Shown in pieces: positions 1 through 14,100 of a stretch of 64,000 bases of DNA. The position numbers and the translations under genes were made by a program. Under the pieces are notes generated by a model, which had not been told where the DNA came from, did no database searches, and saw only the letters and a list, made by a program, of their open reading frames with translations. The number at the start of each line of letters is the position of its first letter. Position 1 is the first letter of the stretch. Source of the DNA: Lingula anatina (Eukaryota; Animalia; Brachiopoda); the NCBI GenBank assembly GCA_051362555.1, contig CM120641.1, positions 42,786,401 through 42,850,400 on the forward strand, in the 5' to 3' direction.

Positions 1-3000
1 TGGCCCTACAGATTGAACAGTTGCAGAAATTGCAGCAACAACAGCAACAAGAAGAGCAGCGACTACAGGAGGAAAAGTTAAAACAACAGCAGCAGTCCAT
101 GTTGCAGATGCAGTTACAACAGGTAAAAAAAAATACAGCAACAACTTGGCAGTAAGTTATATCATTTGCCATTACTGTCACTGTATGTACACCACAATGG
201 GTGCCAGTGGTCCGTGTTGGTAACATAAGAAATACTATGTTTGTGTTTACAGTAAAGAAATGTTTTTGTGGTTAAATTGTGGGTAAAAAGGTAAAGATTC
301 AGATTCACTTTTCATTGCATAACACCTTTATTATTTTGTGGTTAAGAGTAGTAGGTATAATGTAACAGTTTCAGTGTTAGAGTTGTTTAAGAAGCAGTTT
401 GTTTTTATCATAAATTTTAGGCAGAGATCCAAAAGCAGATACAACAACAACAGGAGCAGCAGCTTCTTGCTCAGCAGAAAGAGCTGATGGATCAGCAACT
501 GAGAGAACATCAACTTAAGATGGAGAGAATGCAACAACAGCTGGCTACCTCTCAGCTAGTAAGGAAAGCCGTTTGTAGATTATTTATCAGTACAATCAGA
601 ATCACAATGCACTTAAATCGAATAAAATAGTGTCATTTTATTTCTAAGCCTATCCAATTTACATGTTGGTGTATATTGCATTGTCATTTCACGTATCTAG
701 TATTTACTGATGTCTTGGAAGATTGGTCATGTTATATGACTGATCACATGACCATGATGAATGAGAATCTCTACTTTTGTGGAACTCCACATTTCAACCA
801 AATGTTCAGTAATCAATACTTAAGCTTAAAGTAGAAATTTGAAAAAGTTGAAGTACAGTTAGGGTCTCCACTTTCTTTATGCATTTTTCTTTCCTTTTTA
901 CTTATGCCCTTGCTGACTAGGATACAACAAAATTATTGTTCATTGATAAACCATTATACTTACAGTTGTATATATTTGTTAAGTTACAGACACCTCCCAA
1001 TATAATGCATGTCCCGGGCTCTCCATACACTCCTAGTCCTACCCAGGCCATGATGGGTACTCTGCAGGATCCACAGTCTCTTGCCAAACAGAAGGCTGAA
1101 CTTGAAACCATAGTGGCGGAATTAGAAACCAAGGTAAAATACTACTACTTTCAGTTACAGCAGCACTGTTAACTTTTACAGCTACTAATACTGCTACCTA
1201 TCTATACATACATTTTTTCACAAACCTGTAAAAGGATTTTGAAACTGAAAAGAGGTAAGTTTAGATATAATATCAACATTGATATATTTTGATTTTGATT
1301 TGTTGGCCTATGTCATATTTTTATTAAATATTCCAGCTGAAAAAACTTGAACTGGAGAAAGAACATCTTCAGTCGACAATTGAGAGCACAAAGAACCTGC
1401 ATCAGGAGGAGATGAAAACCATTGAATCAATTCACAAGTAAACACACATAACAGTTGCATCTTAGACGGCTTTCTCTCCATCTCATGTCTTGTACATAGT
1501 GATAACTAATACATGCAGAAAACTAAACTTAATTTACTTTCAGATAAGAATATGTTTTCCACTCTAAACAAAGAGTAAACTTGCTGTGCTATCAAAACTC
1601 AGCTTTTATTTTTTCATAGAATTATAGGTGATAATGTAATGATAACGAAGGTATCCATGAGGAGTGGTTTTCTTGGGATGTCAGAGATGTTTGAAGCTAT
1701 TCTTATGATTTGTTTATTTATTTTAACAGAGGCAGAATTCAGATGATTGAAGAATCCTACCAAAGAAGGGAAGCAAGGCAAGGATTTGTTAGAATTACTT
1801 TAATATTGGCAGTTATTGAAACTCAGCTTGAGATTATCAGCTTACCAAATACCCCATTTAAACACTCTCATATCAGTGATACTAAACATTATTTCTCACT
1901 GTTTCTGATATTTTCATTGTTTTTTTATATATTTGAAACTGTCCTTACATATATAATATCACATTACTGATATTAATTACTGTTATAGGCATTACATTTA
2001 AACACTGTCATATCAAAAATATTCGCCATGGTCAGAGTTTCTCATATTTCAAGCCTGTTTTCTGTTCCAGGTTAAAAGAGGATGTGGACCTGGCTGCAGC
2101 CCAGAATGCTCTGAAGATAAAACAGATGGAGATGGAGAGGGCAGACCTCATGTCTTCTCAGCAGAGGAAGTTACAGGAGTTGGAGAGAGAAAGAACAGAG
2201 GAACTGCAGCGGTTAAAAGAGCAGCACAGGTAACATACTAGTTCTTCTCACATTTTGTAGAATGCATACTTTCCCAGTGATTAGTATTAAATTCTATATT
2301 TGTATGGTATGGGTGGTTCATCTTGTTTTGTGCATAGTTTGATGTCCATAGTAATGAAAGTTGCCAAGTGCCCAGATTATGTGTAATATTTTGATTTTCA
2401 TATTTTGATGTAGCAGCCTTTTATCTTGTATTGATAATCTAAAAGTCTCTCATAAAAAACGAGAAATTTGGCTTTCCTCCACCCCTCAGTGAATTGATGA
2501 TGCTCTGGTGCTTAAAGAACTTTTCACACTTGTCCTGTATTTTAATTTTCAAAGATGATTTCTGGTATTTTGGCATTTACAGGTCTGCCATAACTGATAT
2601 ACAAAAGGAACATGAAGAAGCAATCCAGAGACTGAAAGCAATTAACCAACAAGAAGTGGAAGCAGTCAGCACTGCTACTTCACATAACAGGTATTCACAT
2701 ATAAGCTACTTCACATAACATGTATTCACATATAAGCTACTTCACATAATCTGCATCACATGACAGATATTGAACACAACAGGTAGCTACTTACACACTT
2801 AACTGTTAAACTTGCTTTTTATTGAGTGAATTGAGTGTAATGAAAAACAAAATGAAGATATAAAAGAATATTTCTATTTATTTCCAACTCAATTTCACAA
2901 ATAAGCAGTTTTTGAAAATAATTAACAAATAGGAAGTATGAACCTGTTTTTGTCTATTTTATCATGCAGCATTAGGAACTAAAAAAAATACACCAGAAAC

Positions 3001-6000
3001 TACAGCATCACTTTCATTTGTTTTTGTTCTTAAGGCTTATAATGATAATTTTATGAATAATGTTTCAGATCTCTGCAGTCAGTGGTAGATCGCATTCAGA
3101 GCAACACTCGCAGCTTGAGTGATCTCCAACATGTAGTGGAGACACACCACTTTGCCAATATCAATGATAGAGACATTGCTGCTACTGCAAGAGATGAACA
3201 CTTAAAACGTAGGTGCCAGTGATGTTGTTACATTTTCCTTTGTAAAGTGTTGGAACGGCATTTGCTAAAGACAAGCATCAGAAAAAAGTGTTTTGAAAAC
3301 ATTTCTCCTGCCAGCAACAAAGATGATAAGAAGTACTGTTTAAACAGTTTGGAAAACATTACTGCTGAAACTCATGAAACCTTACCGCTTGTTATTACCA
3401 TTCCACTGTCATCACAGAGATTATTCAACATAACAGAGGTTAGTTTCCAAATATTTAAACTCCATGTGTGATGATTCAGACCTTTTTACAGGTGCTTTGA
3501 ACAAAATAAATAAGTTTTTACATTTTGAACACTATCCCAGATATATTTCTCACTTCTCTTGGTGTGTCTAGTGCTCCAAGAAAGGCTGATAAAGCAGCAG
3601 GGGGACATGGACAAGGAGAGAGAAAGACTACAACAGCTGGTTGCAAAGATGGAGATTCAGCTTAGAGAACAAGGTAGACAGCTGGAGGAGGTAAGTAATG
3701 CCAACACATCAGGACTCAGTTTTAGTTGGAAACTTCAATGTTGGTCAATATTTTGACAGAAAACTTGTCTAACTCCTTTCAGCATAATTCTGTTATGTTC
3801 CACTAAAATAATGTTACTATCAGCAGTATAAAACAATAACCATTTCTTGTATTTATTTATTATTATTATTATTATCATTATTATTTTAATTTTCACTTAT
3901 TTATTTGTTTATTTTTGTAAGTAAGACCCAATGTTCTCATCTTGGTAAAATACCAATTTATTTATTTATTTATTGATTGATTTTTTAAAATAGACCAATG
4001 AGGAAGAATGGTACTTAGAAGTTAAATGTTCCTTGTAAGACAGACACCAGCTGTGTAATCTTGTGCTTATAGACTTTTGTTTGGGAAAAGAAGCCTAAAA
4101 CTTTTTCTTTAAACCATCCATGTAAAACACAAACATGAACACGTTGTTTTTATTGTGAATCCAGGAGAAATGGAAAGTTAAACAGGAACAGAACAAGCTG
4201 TCAGTTCTCCAGATATCTGTAGAAGAAGAAAGAAGAATGATAACAGATCAGTTGACCAGGGAAAGAAGTGAGCTACAGAGCTCAAAGGTGATGTTTACCT
4301 TTTTAATAATCATTGATAATCATCTAATACTGCAGTTTTCCTTGAGAAATATTGAATAATCTGTGAGACTGTGAGATCTAGGTTAAATTTGTGAGTCTCG
4401 CTGCAAATCCCAGAGTTGTAAGGTCTGAAATCTGAATAAAAGGCAAAACTTAACATTGAATATTCAGGATAAATGAACAGAAAGCTTTCAACTGTGGTAT
4501 TGTTCACACCAATTTGAAAGAATGATAACAGTGAATAGTTGTCAAAATATTTACTTTTTTTTCTTATCATTATCTTTTTATTTGTTGATTTACCTGGATA
4601 AATTAATGTAAATTAGTATATATAAGATGTCAGTTAGCCTAAGCAGATCACAGCACACAATGATGCTAAGGGGCCATGCCAGTAAACATTTAAAGGCAGA
4701 AGGAATGTTATGCATTAGAATTTGATTGAAATAAGTATTAAATGATGCATTAAACCATAGAAAGCACTATAAAGGCCAATATATTTTTATCATTTTCTCT
4801 GGTTTAAAATTAATTACAGGATGCCTTGTTGAAGGAACAGAAGACCATCTACTCCCAGCTATATGATGAGAGAAGAGCACTCTCAGAGGAGAGGGCTCAG
4901 TTTAATATGTTACAGAGTACACTTCTCAATAGGGAACAGAGGGACACTGTCCGTAATGTACAGGTTTGTACTAATTATATTGGATGGTTTCTAGAGTAAA
5001 TATTGTTATTGACCATATTGAAAATTGTTCCATTTAACATATTTTGTAAAATCATAAAGAATGAATTTACTTTAAAAATTTGGTTAATTTTTTTTATTTT
5101 GTTGAAAATGAATATAAAGAAATTAATTTTGTTGTTCTTGAGTAAAACCTACATAATACTTAAATTTGAACACTCCCTGCTATAGATTCATTGTTAAACC
5201 TTGAACTTTATTGCCATTTCTTTTCATTTCCCATGTACCAATATGAAACCTACAATTCTCATTTCTTTATTGAATAAGGGAAATGGAAAGCTCTCGAATA
5301 TGATATGGATGCTTGTGTTTTATATTAACCTACATACAATTCATACAAACAGGCAGAGGCTGACCTTGAAGGCACCATGAAAACCCTGAGCAATGAGAGG
5401 ATGAGGCTGCAGACCATGTCAGAGGAACTTCAGAAGGAACAACAAAGGATCAACACAGAGAAGCTGGCATTAGACCAACAGAAGGCGGCCCTGCAGATGG
5501 AGAAGGAGAAGCTGGATGAACTGGCCACACACATGAAGCTGAGATCTCAGGAAGTGGAAGAAATTAGCTTGGTGTGTTGTTTTTTATCATATGTTATTAT
5601 ATTAGAATTTGTGCACGTGTATATGGGGTGATAAGGACACTGTTTTGCTATACTATATCAGGGGCTTCTAAAAGAGTATGCAAAATTTAAGCATCAACAA
5701 TTTTGTTACAGGCTACTATTGCATCCTGTGGTCAGAGAGAACTGTTTTACATAGGCTGTTTTCATGTTACCAGTGTGCTTGACAAATTGTTTCCTGTTGT
5801 GGAATACCTTTCATTCATTCAGTTTTTTTTCTTGCTTTGTAGGAAGCATCTAAAGTGAGAGAAGGAGGTGATAGAATGTTAGCTGAGGCCAGAAAGGTCC
5901 AGGCTGAGCAGAGTAACAAGTTACAGAATATACAGATCCAGATTAGTGCCCTCAGAGAGAAGGAGAGGCAGATTGCTCAGGTAAGGACTACTGATTTCCA

Positions 6001-7227
6001 GTCTGTTTCAACATGCTTGTACTTATCCTGATAGTTTTCATGTCTTCATAAGTTTTTATGCGATCTTTATAATTAAACTATTTTATTTATATATACTTTA
6101 TTATTGATTGGTAGTTTTATTCCATTGCTTCATTGAACATGCTGCCATTCTTTAGGTTTAAGCAACTTGATAGATTTGTCTTAGCCAACACACACATGCA
6201 TGCACAGACAAAATTACACAATTCTTGTAAAGTCTTTATTGTATTGATTCAGGAGAGACTGGGTCTTGCCAAGGAGAAAAAGGAACTTGGTCACTTGAGA
6301 AATTCTTTCATTTGTATCAACTGTAGAACACCTGTGAAGGATGCCACACAACATGGTATGATTTGTGGAAGAATTTTTTAAAACATTTTATGAAAATCAG
6401 AAATTTGTTAGTTTGGCAATTGAGAATGTGTATAAAAGATGAAGAACAGGACACGTCAGTTGAAGTTGCTTACGCTAAAATATTAATTTTGAGTTAAATA
6501 GACCAGGCATGTCCTCTTGTCTCTTACAGGAAGTCCTATATTAGGGGCAGCCCTCAATATCCCAGGGAGTTCTGCCAATGCAAATGGGGCTGCCATTTCT
6601 TTACAAGGAAGTGGAACAGGTGAACCCTTTACCAGCCCAGTTCTCAACAGCATTAGCTCTAGCCTGGCAAAGGACAGAACTTTTAGAATGTGGAAAATGA
6701 ATGCAGAAAAGGTAAATAAGTGATAGTGTTATTATCTTTGAAAAGCAAGATATTACTTAAATATTGTGACTTCTTGCTCCAAATTGATATGGTAATGGAA
6801 CTAAGGATGCTGGTGTGAGATCAGATAGTGTGTTATAGTAAATAATGCCTTAAATATAACTATACGTGGTAGCTGGGTTCATTCAAATGTAAAATTTCTT
6901 TTAACCAAATAGGTGGAAATTTATAGAAAATCAGATCCAAATTGGTGATAGATCTGGCAAAAATAAGCAAACACTTCACATTTCCCAAGCCAAATTAGAA
7001 TGTGTTAAAATTTTTTCACAGTAGAAGTGCACTAAGGCAGATAATGATGCTGAGGTTTGAAATTAAATATATTTAAAAAACATTTTCATTTTTACAGGTT
7101 GTTATATTACTTAATGAACATCTCTTTTTTTTTTCAGGACCATGAGTTCCTGGAAGATGAAAGTTTATTTCTTGAGGCTCTTAAACATTCACCATACCAT
7201 ACCCCACCAACAGCTGTCAAAGACTAG
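1..7227 (+). CDS. FBF1: Fas-binding factor 1-like (centriolar distal appendage coiled-coil protein), 3' part, multi-exon
   Basis: Exons approx <1-122, 421-558, ~984-1133, 1337-1437, 1730-1777, 2071-2229, 2583-2690, 3069-3208, 3572-3690, 4165-4287, 4820-4963, 5353-5571, 5843-5980, 6253-6355, 6530-6711, 7138-7227 give a Q/E/K-rich coiled coil. GRIQMIEESYQRREARLKE and the C-terminal AEKDHEFLEDESLFLEALK resemble FBF1 as recalled. Confidence 0.8.
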
Positions 7228-9846
7228 AGCTTAATCAAAGACTGAGCCACACTTCTATTTTTGTATATATTTATTTTTTACATATTTTTTTCATGAGTGA
7301 CTTTACTTCTATAATATAAATAGGCCTCCGGCCATTTATCACAACTGGCATCAGTTTGTATTATAACTATAACATAATATATGCACATGAAACAATAAAT
7401 TACGTAACATTAAAGTATTTTGTAACTCTATGTCCATCTTCTACAGATATTTGTATAGACTAAGGTGCTATCTTGTCACATCATGATCTCACAATGACCA
7501 GCAATCTAGAACTTACGATTGTCACCCTGACTAGCAGTCTTTATTGACTAGAACCAGACTGCATTAAAATATGACTAACAGCTTTCAAAGGCTATATCTT
7601 GACTACATTAAATATGACTAGCACCTTACACTGGCCAGAACATGACACTGGGTTTTCCACAAAGGGCACCCTTCAGGAAATGCAAGTGTATAGTGTTGTG
7701 AAAGGAGTGTAACTAAACACATGGTTACACTCTATGCGGTTTATGGTCAGGTTTAATCTTGTTTACTTATTGCACTGTTGTTTATTTTTTTAATATGACC
7801 CTTTTTCTTTAATTACGAAAATTTTTGTCTGGCACGTGTGTGAGGCATGTTTTAGGAGGGGGATAATAAAGAACAACCAATCTTTGAACACAGAGACCTC
7901 TCCCGTTTTTTGAAGACGCTTTACACCATAATTTACTGCAGTCAGAACATCATGTTCTAGCCCCAAGAATAGCCTGAAATGTGTTATCAGCAAAGAGATC
8001 GAGAAAGAGAGAAAAAGTGATTTTGATATTGTTCGAGGGTAGGGCCTATTTACATGTGCAGTCATTGGAGTCGATGTGATTGTGATAAATCAATTCAAAC
8101 TATTGGATATTACTGCTTTAAATGACAGCACATAGTTTTCTTTCCGATCAAGGAAGTGCTTCTCAAGTTGATCAAACCATGCCAAGCACTGTATTCAACA
8201 TAATTAGCAAAAAAAAAAAAAAAAAAAAGAAAAAAACTAATGAAGCAGACGTCTTTATTGAACGTCCCTATACTATGGCATTGTGGTGACATAAGATAGT
8301 TAATCTGGTGCTCCTACTAAGTGCCAACCCATCCGCCCCCTTCACACGCACACTCAGTAAATATAACTTTGATCCAGTTAACGAGTTTATTTAATTACTA
8401 TAGACTATTTACTTTTGGGTTGTCCGTCTTGCGAGGTAACTACCAGTATATACGGTAATTCAGTAAAACAGATGATCGACTGGTGCATGTACATTTTGAT
8501 TGTCTGTCCAGTCTGTTTGGATGTCGTCTGCTTGAACGAACGAATGATTCTGTGTTGACAATCTATTGTTCGTCACATGCTTTCCAGGATCCAGTGGCAT
8601 GGTACACATGGGTGCCCTCTCATCTTTGAAACGTCAGCGTGAACCCCGCTTGGGTAACCTTAGAAACGACGGCTTGAAGTCGGCGGTTTCTGTCGGAATT
8701 GATAAAGAGGGAAAAATCGTAAATGTAATAAGGAAAGAACCAATATTTTAAATTCATCCCGTATGAGCTCTTCGTTAAATGAAAACAAACTGCCGAAAAC
8801 ACGGGTATGAGAAGGGGGGGGTCTGACAGCAAAAGTTTTACTGTATTTGAACAGGAAAAATTAACTAGTTTATCTTCACATGTCGGCTGTGGTTATAAGG
8901 TTTACACGTCACGAATTATGTTGCGTTCGCATACCCGGGCAAACAGCACAACTTACCCAATCAGTGTTATAGTGACGACGTCGACGAGTTAATTGGAGCT
9001 TTCAGATCTTTATTCACCGACTAATGTTTCACACAGATTCAATTTATGTGTGCATGAGAGGAGTCTCTGAGGCTAGTTTGCTGTCAACAATTTCGTAATT
9101 TCTTCAATATTACAGCAGAAATAGTTGTTAGTTGAAAATGTCATTTTATTGACATTTGTACTTTGATTAATACACAAAGTACGAATTCAAAATGTGGCTT
9201 TGACATCTTTTTCAAACATGAAAACAATTTCCACAGTTATTGGCTCGCAAAGAAATTAAACTTCCACTCATTAACTCCCAGGCTTTTACTATTTTCAAAG
9301 GGAATTACCTAAATACTACGGTGAAAATTATAGGAAAAAATCTTCAATTTTTATCTTAAGGGGTGGGGGGGAGGTAAAAACTTTTCCTTTTTTCTTGTCA
9401 GAGGTTGTACAGTTTACATGTTCAAAGCTTTACAATTTTCATGGTAAATTTTCTCATAGTTTTTAAATGAAAACATAAGTATGCAATTATCAATAAACTT
9501 TAAAAAAGTGTTGAGTGTTATGTTTGTAGATCCCCAAATATTAAAATCTCACGCGTGTGAAACTTTTAAAGGTTTAATTGAAATAAAATCAAAATAGACA
9601 GACCTTCACTTGCAACTGGCCCATTTTTTGCCTAAAATAAGATCACGCAATTCCTTTACCCATACTATTACACTTTACGCACAGCAAAGCATTACGCGCG
9701 TGGGTTTAGAAAAGTTGACTAGTGAATGCGTGCAATAGCAAGATAAAAGACGTTTGTGTCAGATAAGACGCACTTGACCGCAGAACCAGGCTTTAGGGAT
9801 GTTTATTTGTTTTTGATCACGTGCTTTTTTAGTGGTCAGTTTTTTG

Positions 9847-9960
9847 TATAAAGGTTTATAGATTCGTTCTAAGATTCAATGTACGTGACAGCCGGACTGG
9901 CAGTGGACACATATATCGTACGAATCTACCAGGGGACCTGCTCGCCTGAGTACTGAAACG
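9847..9960 (+). promoter_or_regulatory. Putative TATA box and non-coding first exon of the IgGFc/ZP gene
   Basis: TATAAAAG at 9847; strong donor ACG|GTAAGA at 9961; acceptor TTTTTCAG lies just before the ATG at 10680. Confidence 0.45.
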
Positions 9961-10679
9961 GTAAGATTTTAAGTTAATTTTTGTATGTATATATTTTGTA
10001 TGTATTTATGTATTAAGTCTGAGTTTTGTAAAAGTTTTCAAAAGCGTTGTTCTTGTTTTGGTGCCAATATAATATAGTCTTGAAACTTCATTTTTATTTT
10101 GTGAAATGTAGGCCCTAGGCAAAAGTTTTTTTTTTTTTTTTTTTTGTAAATAAAGTGGGTATTGGTATCTATACACATATTTAATAACTAAACTGCCATA
10201 GCACAAATATATTTCTTCTATTTTACCGGTTAGTTTTAGGGAGTGCAAACTGCATTTTGAAATACAAGAAATAAACGAATATTTGTGATCTGAACAAAGA
10301 AAACGTGAGATATAAGGGTTCGTTTATGTCAAAACGCAAAATCAACATAAAAGGAACGGAACAAAAATTATCTTTCTAACGTAAATTCGTTCGTTAATAT
10401 TCTTCCTAAGGTAAATGAACAATTATACATGTATCAATCGTTTTCATTAACTATAATACAGGTACATCTCTACAGCTTTTTACCAAATACGCTTTTACCT
10501 TAATCAACTACTCAATGATATGATAAATTCTGTATTTCGATAGACATGGAAAAAAGCACTGAATAAACTTTATGAGCCTGATGCATGTTTTGGCTTGATT
10601 TGCAAATAAATGAACGCCAATGAGTAGCGAGTTTTTAGTTAAAAAAGATTGACATATTTGCTAATTTTTTCAGATAAAT

Positions 10680-11119
10680 ATGGTGTCTGCAAAACCAAGA
10701 ATTTTTGCTGCTGCGCTGTGTGTTCTGATAGCAGTTCAAACCGCAGCCGGATCTGGTACTTAATCTGTAGTATAATTTAGTAGTAAACGATGATGCTTTA
10801 ACAATGGAACGCTTTAGAGACCATTCACAGACCATATCGTACTAACTTTGGCTCGAACCATCTCCAAGGGGATTCTCGCTTAATTGCAATTAACTTTAGC
10901 GGCTTAGACGTCTGCCACGCCTACTGAAGCTGATTGGGGGTAATTAACTATCGTTTAGCAGCTTTAATAGGCGTCCAAGACATCTAAGCCACTTAAGCTG
11001 AAAGCAATTAATTATTTAGCGATTAACCCCGTGGAGATGGACCTTGCTCGATCGATCTAGGGATGGGAACCCAGTCTTTGCAATGAAACATTTGGATCTT
11101 CCCTTGGAAAAATAACGCC

Positions 11120-11173
<54 letters not shown>

Positions 11174-14100
11174 ATGAAATAAAGGATGAATTAATCTTTA
11201 TCGACAATGTTGAGAGCGCGTCCGTAAATGTATCTCTATGTATTGTATGTGGAGGAAAGGTTGAGGCAGTTCTAAGCATGGCCATATTGAATGTTTCAGG
11301 CGTGCCAGACAACAAAGGGACCGAATTCGTCCTCGTTTTCATTCAGCAGCACAAAGCTCTGCTGACGAACGGGAGGAACTCGCTGTACGTCACCAGCGAT
11401 GAAGCAACTAATGTGACGATCGAAATACCCAGCATTGGTAAACTTTCTATAAGTTTTATTTCTTTAATTTAAAAAATGTATACGTGCATGTTTAGAGGAT
11501 TAGGCTGAAAAAAAAGAAAGAAAGCGCTTATTGTCACTTGAAAAATGGAAATCAGTTGATACAATAAATATCAGTAGGTACGATACAAACGAAGATGTTG
11601 ACTAAAATTCGTCAATTAATGATTTTTATCTATTAATTTGCAATTTAAAGTGCACGCAACAAGACCTGGATTGAATGCAAAATAGACGCGTTATCTTTTT
11701 TACTTTCTAGGCTTTCATGAAAATTACGAGATTGAAAAAAGAGAATTAATTTCACTTGACTTCGACGGAAGCATCCGGTTCCATAACGGGACCGAGCTTG
11801 CACACAAGGGGATAAGCATCCGTTCTAGTAACGAAATCTCGGTTTACGGCCTGAACAGCATCAAGTACACAACGGACGGGTTCCTTGGTCTTCCCATGGA
11901 CATACAAGCCTACGAATACGTGGTGCCTTGTTACACGCCGCAGGGTAACGCTCTGGTCGCAGTGGTGGCAAACGAAAATGATACCAACATCGCAATAAAA
12001 ATCAAAACCCCAAATGGTACGGTGACGTTTAACAACAAAATGTATGGTGACGGTGACTGGTTAAACGTGACTCTTAATCGACTCGATGCGTTCCAGCTTG
12101 CTCACTTTGAAGACTTAACAGGGACGCGCATATACACCGATAAACCGTTATCTGTGTTCTCGGGAGGGGACTGCTCCTATATTCCACCTGGTATCAAATT
12201 CTGTGACCATCTCGTGGAACAAATCCCCCCTATTAACAGCTGGGGTCGGCAATTTGTCACCATTCCTTTGGAAACGCGTCTTTCTGGCGACATTTTTAGA
12301 GTGTTGGCCGCTCACGACGATACCATCGTTCATTTTGGCCCGAACTTGAACGAGACCCTTCAGGAGGGAGAATTCTTAGAGGTAGACGTACCTTCTACGG
12401 TCTATCGGTACGTAACATGTTCTAACCCATGCCTCCTTTTACAATATTCCAAAGGCGGCAACGTAGACAACAATACCGATTCCGATCCCTTTATGCAAAT
12501 AATCCCTCCTATTGAACAGTACAGCGCCGAATATACTCTGTCAACCCCGGATGGGACGACGAGCACGAAGTTCCGAAGTTACATAGGTATAGTGATCGAA
12601 ACAAAGTATAGAAATGGACTCCGTCTAGATGGTCGACCATTAACTTTTGGACCGGGAGGCACGTGGACTCAAGTTGCGGGGACCAATCACTCGGCAAAAT
12701 CTGTGCGCATAAATCCTGGTACCCATACCATAGAGCATCAAGACCCCAGGGTCGTTTTCGCGGTGTATTTATACGGCTTTATGAAGGATGAATCTTATGG
12801 ATACCCAGGCGGTCTTCGGTTGGCCAATATTGCTGACGAATGCATTCCGAAAATTGGTCTTCCGGCGGACGGGATGGACAATGACTGTGATTACAGAATT
12901 GACGAGGAACTTGCTAATGGACTCGATGATGATGGAGACGGTGTCATAGATGAAGATCTTGCCGCTGCACCACCACGTCTAATAATCCCAGGTGACTACA
13001 GTGATCAAGTTTGTATCATAAACACCACGCCAGAGGAGACCGGGAGAGCTCGAGGTACAGTTGCACATAAATGTCAGCAAAGAGGAGTGACGTCCATTAC
13101 ATACACCGACACAGGCCTTTCGTCAACCGCGTGCGCGAAACGTTTGGTGAGGAAGTGGGAGTTGCGCGACGGGTGTGGCCACATAGTGAACGGCAACCAA
13201 ACCATAGAACAGCACATCAAGGAGCCGGTTATCCGATTTCCTCTCGACATAGACGTGTATATAAAATGTGACGAGTACCGTGCAGACTGGGAGAACAACG
13301 AAGTGCCCCAGGTGTTGGAGACATGCCCATATCACAACATCACCTTCCACAGAGATACGACAGCGGGTGTATGTGATGGTGAGAGAACAATGGTGCGACA
13401 CGTTAACTGGACGGCTACTGATCAATGTGGGAAGCGACAACACCACCTCCAAACGATTAACATCAACCCTCAAGGTTAGTGTAACATCAACATTCGTTAA
13501 TAAAACCTGTTCTTCTTCTTTGTAGAAAAATGTCAAATGTAGGCATCTAGTATGCATCATAAGATTATCCAGTATGAATTAGTAGTAAGAAATCTCGCCT
13601 TTTTTCAGTATGTTGTACACAGCTTTTAACGTTTTATGAAACCCGTTGGTGTCAAAATGTGGTGGTGCAATTTTCTTTGGTTTCTGCTCTCATGTGTTAG
13701 TTGAGCCAAGAGTGCGATTGTGTTTGGATGTGTTTTTTCAGCGTCAAACCAAATTATGGATGTGCAGTGTAATTCCGTACAATTGGAAGTGCAGGTGGAC
13801 GTGGCGAAATTAAATGCACAGTATGAGAACATAGATATGACGAGTTTAAGACTGCTAGACAGGGGATGCACTCCTTTTCGAAGCGGATCAAAGCTGATCT
13901 TCAACATACCACTGGGCGCATGCGGGACACAAAGGAAGGTAGGCCTACTCCTAATCTTTTTAATGAAAAATCAGAAGAAAGAATGTGCGTCTGGGTGTGT
14001 GTGTGGAAAAGAGTGTTCATTTAACATATGCAATGTTGTTGTACATATCTGAGTTTTCTGGTGCCCAACTTCTTTTACATCTGTAGGTTTCTCAAAAGCT

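Noticed and set aside
12148-13560. Antisense and alternative-frame ORFs in the large IgGFc exon
   Set aside because: Expected by-products of a GC-richer coding exon.
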